A stretch of DNA of 64,000 nucleotides from Longimicrobiales bacterium (GCA_965238005.1 OZ250165.1:1440001-1504000), one strand, 5' to 3'; numbered from the stretch's first letter, positions 51,581 to 60,882 are shown. Notes: a model not told the origin generated them from the letters alone. Program-made: numbers and translations.

Positions 51581-54500
51581 GTCCGGCTCCCGTTCGCGTT
51601 GTTCGCATCGTTGGGGATGTGCGAGAGCACCTCATGAACCGAGCTCGCCTGGCCTTTGGCCTCTGGCTCGGAGCGGGAGTGACGGGGATCCTGATCCTGG
51701 CGTGGCTGGTGGCAGCTCCCGACGGTTGGCGCCAGGGGACGGCCATGCCCCTGATCATCGATCTCGCCCTGGTGGGGCTCGGAGTCCTCGCGTGGACGGC
51801 GTACCGGCGGATAGGGACGCTCTGGCTGCGAGAGCCCAATCTGACGGCGAGCATGGAGGAGAGCGCCGGCCTCGCTCCCGGCGTGCTGCAGGGCTCCCTG
51901 GAGCTGGCCAGGGCCCTTCCGCCGGGCGTGTCCTCCGCTCTCGCCTTCCAGGCCGCCGAAGCGGCGCTGACCGACCTGAAGGGTCCGAGGCCCCGTTTGG
52001 CCGGGAGGCTGGCTGCCGAGGCCGCTCGCTGGACTCGCCGGGCCGCGATGGGGCTGGTGCTGCTGGTGCCGACCGTGGCACTGCTTACCGTAGTGTCCCC
52101 CAGCCGGTCCTTCGCCGCCTGGTCGGGGCTTGCGCGGCCGTTCGGCCTCCTGGCCGGCCCCACGCTTCCTCCGCTGAAGGTGACGCCGGGAACCGCCGAG
52201 GTACTCCGCGGTGCTGACGTGCCACTCACCGTGACTGCCCCGGGGCGCACGACGGTCACGGTGCACTGGCAAACGGCGGGTGATGTGGCCCTGGAGGAGC
52301 GTCTCGACGTGGTTGCCGACCGGGCGGGGCTGGTCCTTCGGACGGTTACCGCCCGGACGGAGTACTGGGTCGAAGCTCCCGACGGAGCACGCTCTCCCAG
52401 CTACGTGCTGCAGCCCGTCGACCCACTCCTGGTGAGTGAGGTGACCCTTTCCCTCACGTTTCCCCCTCACACGGGCCGCATCCCGGAGGAGTACGGGGCC
52501 GACATACCTCCCCTCGACATCCCAGTGGGGAGTCGCTTTGCCATCCAGGGTCGGGCGAGTCGGCCGCTCAGCTCGGCCGGACTTGACAGCCCCCAGGGCG
52601 AAGAAGAGCTCCGGCTGGCGGTCTCGGGTCGGGACTTCGAGGGCAACTGGATTCCGCGGGCCAGCGGGGTTTACCCCTGGCGCTTCATCGACACCGAGGG
52701 AGACCCTGCCGAGGTGGCACCTGCCCCGCTGGTGATGACGCTGGTCTCGGACTCGGCGCCCCATGTGGCCGTGCTGGTCCCGGGCAAGGACACCTTGCTA
52801 CCCGTGTCTCTTCGTCAGCCTCTGGTGCTCGAGGCGGCGGACGATTACGGCCTCGACCGATTGGAGCTGGTGGTGTACAGGGTCACGGCATTCGGCGACC
52901 GGCTGGAGCCGGTGGTGAGCCCGATGCAGGTAGGTGGCACACGCGGAGCACTTCTGCGTCCGGTCATGGACCTGAGTCGCTGGGAGCTCCTTCCCGGGGA
53001 CACCGTGCGCTATTTCGTCCGTGCCGTCGACAACGCACCGTCTCCCAACGTCTCCGAGACCCCCGAGTACGTGCTCCGGCCGCCCACGCCAGCTGACCTT
53101 CGGCGGGAAGCCCAGGAGCGCTTGGACGACGCGGCGCGGGGCGTGGAGGAGCTGGCCGACCGGGCGGACGAGCAGGCTCAGGAGGCGCAGGACCTGGAGC
53201 GCCAGCTCAACAACCGCCAGGAGCCCGAGCGCGGACCTCTCAGAACGCCGAGGGAGCAGGAGACCCAGGAGCGCATGGAGTTCCAGGAGCAGGAAGACAT
53301 CCGAGGGGCCCTGGAGGATCAGACGGCGCTGCTCAACGCCATCGACTCCCTCGAGATGGAGCTGGCTCAGCTGGACAGGGATTTGGAGGCTGCGGGATTG
53401 GTAGATCCGGAGCTCCAGCGGGAGCTTCAGGAGCTGCAGCGCCTCATGGACGAACTGGTGCCCGAGAGCCTGCGGGAGCGACTCGAGAAGCTGACCGAGC
53501 GGGTCGAGGAGATGAACGCCAGAGAGGCTGACGAGGCGCTGCGCGAGCTCTCGGCCGATCAGGAAGCCCTCCGCGACCGACTGGAAGAAGCTCTGAAGGC
53601 CCTCAAGCGGGCGGCCATGGAGCAGGACTTCCGGGCCACGGCGGCCGAGGCCGAGGAGCTGGCTCAGCAAGAAGAAGCCCTCGCCGACGCCATGGCCGAG
53701 GGTGACGATCCGGAGCTGCGGGCGGATCAGCAGGAGGTTCTCGAGGAGCGGGCCGAAGAGCTCCAGGAGCGCCTTGACAGGCTCCAGCAGCGCCTCGACG
53801 AAGCGGGCGAGGAGACGGCTCGTGATGCGGTGGAGCAGGCCGCACGGGGGGGCGAACAGGCCCAACAGTCCATGTCCGAGGCCCGGCAGCAGTCCCGGAT
53901 GGGACAGACCCAGCAGGCGGCCCAGTCCGCTCAGGAAGCGGCCGAGTCCATGAGTCAGATGTCGCGGCAGCTCCAGCAGGCCCAGCAGGAGATGGCCGAG
54001 CAGATGATGGAGGCCTTTCAGGAGGCCCTGCAGGAGACCGCCACGGATGCTCTGACCATGGCCCGCGAGCAGGCGGGTCTGCGTAACCAGATGCGGGGTG
54101 CCGGGCAGGAGGAGCTGGCCAACATGCGGGGTGATCAGTCCGCACTCCTGCAGGGCGTCCGTAACATGGCCGACAACCTGTCGATGCGGGACTACATGAG
54201 TCAGGGCGACGACGATCGCGATGTCGCCAGCCAAATCGGCCAGGCCATGAAGGCCATCGAGCAGATTCTGGCTGCACTGGAAGATCAGCAGGGGAGCACA
54301 CCGTCGCCCCTCAACGCGGCTGAGCAGGCCGTGGGGGCGCTCAATCAGGTGGCGCTCGCCGCCATGGCCGCGGCTCAGCAGGCCGGTCAGATGGGACAGT
54401 CGCCGTCGGCTCAGCAGATGATGGAGCAGATGGAGCAGCTGGCCCAACAACAGGGCTCCATCAACAGCCAGACTGGACAGCTGACGCCCATGCGGCTCGG

Positions 54501-54963
54501 TGAGCAGGCGATGGCCCAGCAGCTCCAGAAGACGGCGGAGCGACAGCAGGACGTGGCCGAGGAGCTGGAAGAGATCTCGCAGAAGCCGGGCGCCCAGGAC
54601 CAGTCTCTCGGCGACCTGGAGGCCATGGCCCTGGAGGCCATGGAGCTGGCCGACCGCCTGGCTGGTAACCGGTTGGATGCCGAGACACTTCAGCGCCAGG
54701 AGCAGCTGTTCCACCGGCTCTTGGACGCCGGGCGCAGTCTGGAGAAGGACGAGTTCTCCGACGAGCGGGAGTCGGCGGCACCCGGTGTGTTCGAGCGGGA
54801 CGACGTGAATGCCCTCTCGGCCGAGGATCTGGGCGCGCTCCGCTTCCAGCTTCCTCCGGCCGAGACGCTGCGCCGGCTCTCTCCGGCTCAGAGGCAGATG
54901 GTGCTGGACTACTTCGAGCGACTGAACAGGGCGGAGCGCCGGTCTCCGGGAGGGAGCCGGTGA
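51577..54963 (+). CDS. Large membrane-anchored protein with beta-rich domains and a long Q/E-rich coiled coil (DUF4175-like)
   Basis: Three N-terminal TMs, D.AP.V and DDYG motifs, Y.VRAVDN, roughly 550-aa heptad region, terminal 'V.DYFE.L'. Confidence 0.75.
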   Translation: MSPAPVRVVRIVGDVREHLMNRARLAFGLWLGAGVTGILILAWLVAAPDGWRQGTAMPLIIDLALVGLGVLAWTAYRRIGTLWLREPNLTASMEESAGLAPGVLQGSLELARALPPGVSSALAFQAAEAALTDLKGPRPRLAGRLAAEAARWTRRAAMGLVLLVPTVALLTVVSPSRSFAAWSGLARPFGLLAGPTLPPLKVTPGTAEVLRGADVPLTVTAPGRTTVTVHWQTAGDVALEERLDVVADRAGLVLRTVTARTEYWVEAPDGARSPSYVLQPVDPLLVSEVTLSLTFPPHTGRIPEEYGADIPPLDIPVGSRFAIQGRASRPLSSAGLDSPQGEEELRLAVSGRDFEGNWIPRASGVYPWRFIDTEGDPAEVAPAPLVMTLVSDSAPHVAVLVPGKDTLLPVSLRQPLVLEAADDYGLDRLELVVYRVTAFGDRLEPVVSPMQVGGTRGALLRPVMDLSRWELLPGDTVRYFVRAVDNAPSPNVSETPEYVLRPPTPADLRREAQERLDDAARGVEELADRADEQAQEAQDLERQLNNRQEPERGPLRTPREQETQERMEFQEQEDIRGALEDQTALLNAIDSLEMELAQLDRDLEAAGLVDPELQRELQELQRLMDELVPESLRERLEKLTERVEEMNAREADEALRELSADQEALRDRLEEALKALKRAAMEQDFRATAAEAEELAQQEEALADAMAEGDDPELRADQQEVLEERAEELQERLDRLQQRLDEAGEETARDAVEQAARGGEQAQQSMSEARQQSRMGQTQQAAQSAQEAAESMSQMSRQLQQAQQEMAEQMMEAFQEALQETATDALTMAREQAGLRNQMRGAGQEELANMRGDQSALLQGVRNMADNLSMRDYMSQGDDDRDVASQIGQAMKAIEQILAALEDQQGSTPSPLNAAEQAVGALNQVALAAMAAAQQAGQMGQSPSAQQMMEQMEQLAQQQGSINSQTGQLTPMRLGEQAMAQQLQKTAERQQDVAEELEEISQKPGAQDQSLGDLEAMALEAMELADRLAGNRLDAETLQRQEQLFHRLLDAGRSLEKDEFSDERESAAPGVFERDDVNALSAEDLGALRFQLPPAETLRRLSPAQRQMVLDYFERLNRAERRSPGGSR

Positions 54964-56738
54964 GACCCCCAAGGAGCGGGGCGCTGCGATCGGTAGCGAT
55001 TCTTCTATCGCTGACCGCCCTCGCTCCTGCCCTCCTACGCGCGCAGACCGAAGATCTGCTGCTGGAGGGTCGTCTGCTTCGCTCCGCCGCGAGCCAGGAG
55101 GCCCAGGGGGACCTCGGCGAGGCGGAGCGAATCCTGAAGGACCTCATGGAGCAGAGGCCCACCTCCACCGGGGGGCTGTTCGCGCTCGAGCGTGTGCTCC
55201 GCTCCCAGGGTCGCATCGAAGAGATTCTTCCCGTGGCCCGGCGATACGAGGACTCGGAGCCGAATGCGGCCGCCCCCAGGATTCTCATGCTCAGGGTCTT
55301 CACGGAGCTGGACGCCACGGACGAGCTGGTGGGCGCGGCCGAGGAATGGGTAGAGCGGTCCGGGTCGTCACCGGAGCCGTATCGGGAGATCAGCAGGATC
55401 TTCCAGCGTGTTTTCGGGCCCGAACGAGCTCTCGCCGTGCTGAAAGACGGCCGGGACATTCTCGGCCAGCCGTCCCTTTTCGCCATGGAGTTCGGCGACC
55501 TCCTTCGGGACCTTGGGAGGATGGAAGAGGCCGTTCTCGAGTGGGCTCGAGTCATCGGCGACGACGGGACGCAGGTATGGGCGGTCATGCGCAGAGTCAC
55601 CGAAATGGAGGGGGATCGGGCGGAGCTCGTTCGACCCCTGGTGGAGCAGCTGGCCCGCCCGCCCACGACGGTGGCTCGTCTGCGGGCCGGGGCTCGCATC
55701 GCCGTGGAGGCGGGTCTGGAGGACGAAGCGCGCGAGTTGGCTACGCAGGTGGTCGGAGATCTCGAAGGACAGGCTCGCCGCGGCTTCCTCACCGCCCTGG
55801 CCCGTCAGGCCGAAGATGGCGGCGGGGCCGAGCTGGCCCTGTGGGCGTACAAGGCCTTGCAGGATGACGCGGCCGACGCGACCGAGGCGCGAGCGCTGGA
55901 TCACCGGATCGCCAACGTGGCTTTGGCCGCAGGTGACACGGCCACCGCTCTCGAGGCGCAGCGGTCCATCGCGCAAGGCCTTCCAGCGGGAAGCGTCGAG
56001 CGGCGACGCGCTCTGGCCGAGGTCCTTCGCCTCGGGATTGCCCGGGGTGATACGGACACCCGTGAGCGTCTCGACCGTTTCCGTCTCGAGTTCCCGGGGG
56101 TTAATGAGGTCGACGAGCTGGCGGTGATGTTGGCCGTGCGACTGGAGGAAGAAGGCGACGGCATGGGGGCCAGATCCCTCCTGGCCGGTGTGGACGGACC
56201 CAAGAGCTTGCTGGAAAGGGGATATCTGTACCTCGCTTCCGGGGAGGTGGTGCCCGGTGGTGGCAACCTAAGGGAAGCGGTTCCTGGACTGCCGCCCACC
56301 GATGCCACCGACGTCATCTCGTTGCTGGGACTCCTGGAGGAGCTCCAGGGAGAGGCGCTGGCCGTGGTCATACGCAGCGCCGTCCTGGCACACCGGGGTC
56401 GCGCCGCCGCCGCTGTCAGCGAGGTCAAGGCCGTGGTGGACGGTCTTCCGGAAGCCGATCGAGCGGCGGTCCTGGCCCACGGTGCCAGGATTGCGGATAG
56501 CGCCGAGCTGACGACACAGGCTGGCGAGCTCAGAGCTCGCATCGTCCGAGATCACGCGGATGCGGCCGAAGCACCCGAGGCGACGCTCGAGCTGGCCCGC
56601 TTTAGAGGTGCCACGTCGGAGGGGGTAGAAGATGCGATCCTGCTCCTCGAGGAGCTGATTCTGAGCCAGCCCGAGAACGCGGTCGTGCCCATGGCCCGCC
56701 GGGAGCTGCAGAAGCTGAGGGACGGTCGGGGTCCGTGA
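54960..56738 (+). CDS. Exported TPR-like helical repeat protein
   Basis: Signal peptide, repeated G..EEA / A..L helices; GTGA overlaps at both ends. Confidence 0.7.
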   Translation: MRPPRSGALRSVAILLSLTALAPALLRAQTEDLLLEGRLLRSAASQEAQGDLGEAERILKDLMEQRPTSTGGLFALERVLRSQGRIEEILPVARRYEDSEPNAAAPRILMLRVFTELDATDELVGAAEEWVERSGSSPEPYREISRIFQRVFGPERALAVLKDGRDILGQPSLFAMEFGDLLRDLGRMEEAVLEWARVIGDDGTQVWAVMRRVTEMEGDRAELVRPLVEQLARPPTTVARLRAGARIAVEAGLEDEARELATQVVGDLEGQARRGFLTALARQAEDGGGAELALWAYKALQDDAADATEARALDHRIANVALAAGDTATALEAQRSIAQGLPAGSVERRRALAEVLRLGIARGDTDTRERLDRFRLEFPGVNEVDELAVMLAVRLEEEGDGMGARSLLAGVDGPKSLLERGYLYLASGEVVPGGGNLREAVPGLPPTDATDVISLLGLLEELQGEALAVVIRSAVLAHRGRAAAAVSEVKAVVDGLPEADRAAVLAHGARIADSAELTTQAGELRARIVRDHADAAEAPEATLELARFRGATSEGVEDAILLLEELILSQPENAVVPMARRELQKLRDGRGP

Positions 56739-57988
56739 GGCTTTTGCGATGGCTCTCGGTCCTGGCTCTGGTCGGCGTCCCGCTTCCGGCTGCGGGTCAG
56801 TTCCTTCTCGTGCCCATGGACCGGACTCAGGTGAATCACCTGAAGGCCTACGGCCTCGCGTATTGGACTCTCGAGCAGTACGGGCGATCCGAGTGGTTCC
56901 TCAACTACCGCGACGGATCCTTCCTGCTCCCCGACATGTCCGGCATCCGTCGACAGGCGGTCCTGCGTGGCGTCTCGATCGAGCCGGTGGGAGGCGCCGA
57001 CGTGGCGGCCATCCGCGCCGTGATCACGGACTCGAACATGGAGTCGGTGGTCCTGGAGAAGGCACCCAAGGTAGCCATCTACACCCCGCCCAACAGCACG
57101 CCCTGGGACGACGCCGTGACCATGGCTCTCGAGTACGCCGAGATCCCCTACGAGAAGGTCTGGGACGACGACGTCATCGCAGGGGGACTCGAGGACTACG
57201 AGTGGCTGCACCTCCACCACGAGGACTTCACGGGTCAGTATTCCAAGTTCTTCATCACCTACGCCGGATCTTCCTGGCTCCAGGAGGAGGTGGCGAGAAA
57301 CGAGGAGGCGGCGCGGCGAACCGGCTTCGCTACCGTGCCGGCTCTCAAGAAGGGTGTCGCACGGGAGATCCGACAGTACGTGGAGGATGGCGGATTCCTC
57401 TTCGCCATGTGCTCTGCGACCGAGACTCTCGAGCTGGCCCTGGGTGCGGAGCACGTGGACATTGCGGCCGCATACTCCGACGGCTCACCCGCCGACCCCG
57501 ACGCCACGCGGAAGATGGACTGGTCCGCAGCCATGGCCTTTACCGACGCGGTAGTTCAGGTGGGACCGTCGGTGAACGCCTTCAGCGACATCGACGGGCA
57601 TCAGGTCAACACGCCTTGGCGCCTGGCGCTGGGGGCGTTCTCCCTCTTCGACTTCTCCGCCAAGTTCGATCCCGTGCCCGCTATGCTCACGCAGAATCAC
57701 GAGGATGTCATTCCGGACTTCTACGGCCTCACCACGTCGTTCCGCATCGCTCGCCTGAAGCCCGGGACCATTGTCCTCGCCAGGGAGGGCAACATCGCCA
57801 AGTACCTCCACGGCAACTACGGAGACGGCACCTGGACCTACTTCGGGGGACATGACCCGGAGGATCCCGAGCACCAGATCGGAGATCCGCCCACCGACCT
57901 GGACCTCCACCCTAACTCACCCGCGTATCGGCTCATCCTGAACAACGTTCTCTTTCCGGCGGCCAAGAAGAAGAAGCTCAAGACCTAG
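56735..57988 (+). CDS. Conserved exported protein with class I GATase-like motifs (family often mislabelled 'asparagine synthetase B')
   Basis: Signal peptide, NHLKAYG, PWDDAV, WLHLHHEDFTGQY, GGFLFAMCSA, GGHDPED, YRLILNN.LFPAA. Confidence 0.7.
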   Translation: MRLLRWLSVLALVGVPLPAAGQFLLVPMDRTQVNHLKAYGLAYWTLEQYGRSEWFLNYRDGSFLLPDMSGIRRQAVLRGVSIEPVGGADVAAIRAVITDSNMESVVLEKAPKVAIYTPPNSTPWDDAVTMALEYAEIPYEKVWDDDVIAGGLEDYEWLHLHHEDFTGQYSKFFITYAGSSWLQEEVARNEEAARRTGFATVPALKKGVAREIRQYVEDGGFLFAMCSATETLELALGAEHVDIAAAYSDGSPADPDATRKMDWSAAMAFTDAVVQVGPSVNAFSDIDGHQVNTPWRLALGAFSLFDFSAKFDPVPAMLTQNHEDVIPDFYGLTTSFRIARLKPGTIVLAREGNIAKYLHGNYGDGTWTYFGGHDPEDPEHQIGDPPTDLDLHPNSPAYRLILNNVLFPAAKKKKLKT

Positions 57989-58265
57989 AAGGCTGTTGAA
58001 GGAGTACAGTGGGCCGCACAACCACCCTGTGCCCAACAGAATAGTTGATATGAACGTACGTGTTCGTGGGTTGCGGTGGCACGGCCCCGACCACGCTTCG
58101 CGCGGTGCCCCCGTCGTTGGAGCTCCTAACCGTAGCGACGGCTATGGCGTCGTCGCTCCGACCCACGCTGTCGCGCGGGTACCCCGGATCTGGGGCCGTG
58201 GCATCCCGGGTACCCGTGCGGTAGCACGGGTGGCGACCCGCTGTACTCCTTCAACAGTCTTCTAG
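57985..58265. mobile_element. MITE-like element family B (281 bp)
   Basis: 25-bp terminal inverted repeats CTAGAAG(G/A)CTGTTGAAGGAGTACAG, 24/25 identical; palindrome-rich interior; no transposase. Confidence 0.9.
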
Positions 58266-58275
58266 GGGCGCCCCT

Positions 58276-60882
58276 GTGAATCCCGATCGGGAACTCTCCG
58301 AGGCCGCCACCGACGGGGTGACCAACGGCCCCGGCCTACCCGAGCCGCCCGGCTCGACCTCCGACCTACGACTGTCACCTGATGCCGCCGAGGCCATCCG
58401 GCGGGAGATCCAGAAGGCGGGCGGTCGCGAAGTGTGCTTCCTTGTCCAGGTCAGTGAAGCTCGGGAGCTCATCGATCCTCGGGCTGTCGCCCGGGGGAAC
58501 AAGGCCGCGGTCCTGGTAGCGGCTCGTGGAGCGGAGGAGGGAGGGGTCATGATTCACAACCACCCCTCGGGTGTGTTGGAGCCCTCGAATGCCGATCTGG
58601 GCGTCGCCGCCCAGCTCTACGAGGAGGGACTCGGGTCCGCCATCACCGACAACTCTGCCGAGAGCCTTTACGTGGTGGTGGAGCCTCCCTCCCCGCGACA
58701 TGTGGAGCCGTTGGACGTGGAGGCGCTCGAGGGGTTGATCGGCCCAGCGGGGCCCCTGGTCGAGAGTCATCCGCGTTACGAGGACCGGCCCGGGCAACGC
58801 GCAATGCTCCGGCTGGTGGCCGAGTGTTTCAACGAAGGCGGAATCACCATCGTCGAGGCAGGAACGGGAACCGGCAAGTCACTGGCGTACCTGGTGCCGG
58901 CGGCGGCGTGGGCGCTGCAGAACGGTGAGCGGACGGTCATCTCCACCAACACCATCAATCTGCAGGAGCAGCTCGACAGCAAGGATCTGCCGCTGGTCCG
59001 GAGCCTGGTGGGGGACGACGTGGACTGGGCTCTGGTGAAGGGGCGCGGCAACTACATCTCCATCCGTCGGGCGCGACTGGCCGCCGAAACGGCGCCTCTC
59101 CTGTTCGAGGACGATCGGGCGGATGAGCTCGACGGTCTCCTGGATTGGATCGACAGCACCGACGACGGCTCTCTTGCCGACCTGACGTTCGTGCCCAGCG
59201 AAGACGTCTGGGACGAGGTGAGGAGCGATTCGGATATCTGCCTGAGGACCCGCTGCCCGCACTTTCAGGCCTGCTTCTACCAGCGTTCGCGGCGGAAGGC
59301 CGCCGCCGCTCGCCTTCTGGTGGCGAACCACCACCTGCTCTTTACGGATCTGTCCGTCCGAATGGCCACGCGAAACTACTCGGGGTCGGCGGTACTGCCG
59401 GCCTACCGGCACTTGATTCTCGACGAGGCACACAACATCGAAAACGCCGCCACATCGCATCTGGGACTAGAGGCTACCCGCCTCGGGATGTTCCGGCTCC
59501 TGGCCCGTCTGGACCGGAGGGGGCGGGGCGTCCTGGCCGCGGTTCAGGAGGCGCTAGCGGGCGGGAGTGGCCAGACGGCCTCCTCGGAGCTGAGGAGCCG
59601 GATCGAAGAGCGGGTGCGTCCGGCCGTGGACGAGGCCAGGGCCCAGCTCACAGAGTTCCTGGATGCCATCGAGCCGCTCCTGCCGGCGGACGCCGTGGGC
59701 GCAAAGCGAATCGGGACTGCCGACTTCCCGGAACCGGTGGCGCGGCCCGCCGTCCGGGAGCGGCTGGACGGGCTGATAGCGGCGTTCCGGGATCTCGAGG
59801 CGGAGGTACGGCGGGTCAAGGAGAGCCTCGAGCGCGATGAGACCTTGTCCGAAAGTCTCGAGGGACGTGTCCTGGATCTTCAGAGCGTGGAGCGTCGACT
59901 CGACGGGTCCGTTCGCGCCGTCCGAACCGTTCTGGATCCCGAGGAAGGGGAGGATCGGTTCGTCCGGTGGCTGGAATGGAGGGGGCGACCGCGCAAGGGT
60001 CGGCGGAACCTGGTGATGGCATCGGCTCCCATCGAGTTGGGCGGCCTGCTCCGGGAAGGTCTGTTCGAGAAGACCGATACCGTGGTCCTCTCCTCGGCTA
60101 CGCTTGCCGCAAGGAAATCCTTCAGCTTCCTCCGTAGCCGGGTCGGGCTGAGTCCGGAGGAGCTGGAGGCATCTGATGTGATGCACGAGGTCATAGAGTC
60201 TATAATACCTTCTCCCTTTGACTTCAACAATCAAACCATCCTGGCGGTGCCCACGGACTTGCCCGATGTGAATTCCCCCGGGGATGCACTCCAGGAGGCT
60301 ACCGCTCGCATCGTGGGCGAGATGGCAGGCATCTCCGACGGAGGCCTGTTCGTCCTTTTCACTTCACACCGAGCCCTCCGGCGGGTGGCCGAGCTGCTGC
60401 GCTCTGACGGTGGCTTGCCATGGCCGCTTTTCGTGCAAGGGGAGGATGGGCGGGCGCGGCTCCTCGAGCGCTTCGTGGCCTCCGGGTCGGGGATTCTCCT
60501 TGGGACGGTCTCGTTCTGGGAGGGTGTGGACGTACCGGGGCGGCCGTTGCGGGGCCTCGTCATCCAGCGACTCCCCTTCCGGGTGCCCACGGAGCCGGTC
60601 ACGGCCGCCCGGATCGAGGCGATCGAGAAGCGGGGTGGCAACGCCTTCTGGGACTTCGCCTTGCCCCTGGCCGCGCTCCGGCTGAAGCAGGGGTTCGGGC
60701 GCCTTGTGCGCTCCCACGACGACCGGGGCAGCGTGGTGATCCTGGACGACCGCATCCTGCGAAAACGTTACGGGGTGTACCTCAGGGACTCTCTTCCCCC
60801 GGCACCGCTAGCGAAGGGGCCGTGGAGCGAGGTCGCCCACGCCCTGCGTGCATTTCACCAGGGAGGTGCGGGGTACGAATGA
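58276..60882 (+). CDS. DinG/YoaA-family helicase with N-terminal JAB/MPN-like domain
   Basis: EVCF...HNHPSG....PSNAD; RPGQ Q-motif, EAGTGTGKS, DEAH, SATL, LFTS, FWEGVDVPG, QG.GRL.R. Confidence 0.9.
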   Translation: MNPDRELSEAATDGVTNGPGLPEPPGSTSDLRLSPDAAEAIRREIQKAGGREVCFLVQVSEARELIDPRAVARGNKAAVLVAARGAEEGGVMIHNHPSGVLEPSNADLGVAAQLYEEGLGSAITDNSAESLYVVVEPPSPRHVEPLDVEALEGLIGPAGPLVESHPRYEDRPGQRAMLRLVAECFNEGGITIVEAGTGTGKSLAYLVPAAAWALQNGERTVISTNTINLQEQLDSKDLPLVRSLVGDDVDWALVKGRGNYISIRRARLAAETAPLLFEDDRADELDGLLDWIDSTDDGSLADLTFVPSEDVWDEVRSDSDICLRTRCPHFQACFYQRSRRKAAAARLLVANHHLLFTDLSVRMATRNYSGSAVLPAYRHLILDEAHNIENAATSHLGLEATRLGMFRLLARLDRRGRGVLAAVQEALAGGSGQTASSELRSRIEERVRPAVDEARAQLTEFLDAIEPLLPADAVGAKRIGTADFPEPVARPAVRERLDGLIAAFRDLEAEVRRVKESLERDETLSESLEGRVLDLQSVERRLDGSVRAVRTVLDPEEGEDRFVRWLEWRGRPRKGRRNLVMASAPIELGGLLREGLFEKTDTVVLSSATLAARKSFSFLRSRVGLSPEELEASDVMHEVIESIIPSPFDFNNQTILAVPTDLPDVNSPGDALQEATARIVGEMAGISDGGLFVLFTSHRALRRVAELLRSDGGLPWPLFVQGEDGRARLLERFVASGSGILLGTVSFWEGVDVPGRPLRGLVIQRLPFRVPTEPVTAARIEAIEKRGGNAFWDFALPLAALRLKQGFGRLVRSHDDRGSVVILDDRILRKRYGVYLRDSLPPAPLAKGPWSEVAHALRAFHQGGAGYE

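Noticed and set aside
52798..54972. 724-aa minus-strand ORF
   Set aside because: Antisense shadow of the Q/E-rich coiled-coil gene; Leu/His-rich with no motifs, as expected from high-GC codon bias
57996..58265. 89-aa ORF inside the MITE
   Set aside because: No transposase motifs or RBS; spans TIR to TIR in palindromic DNA
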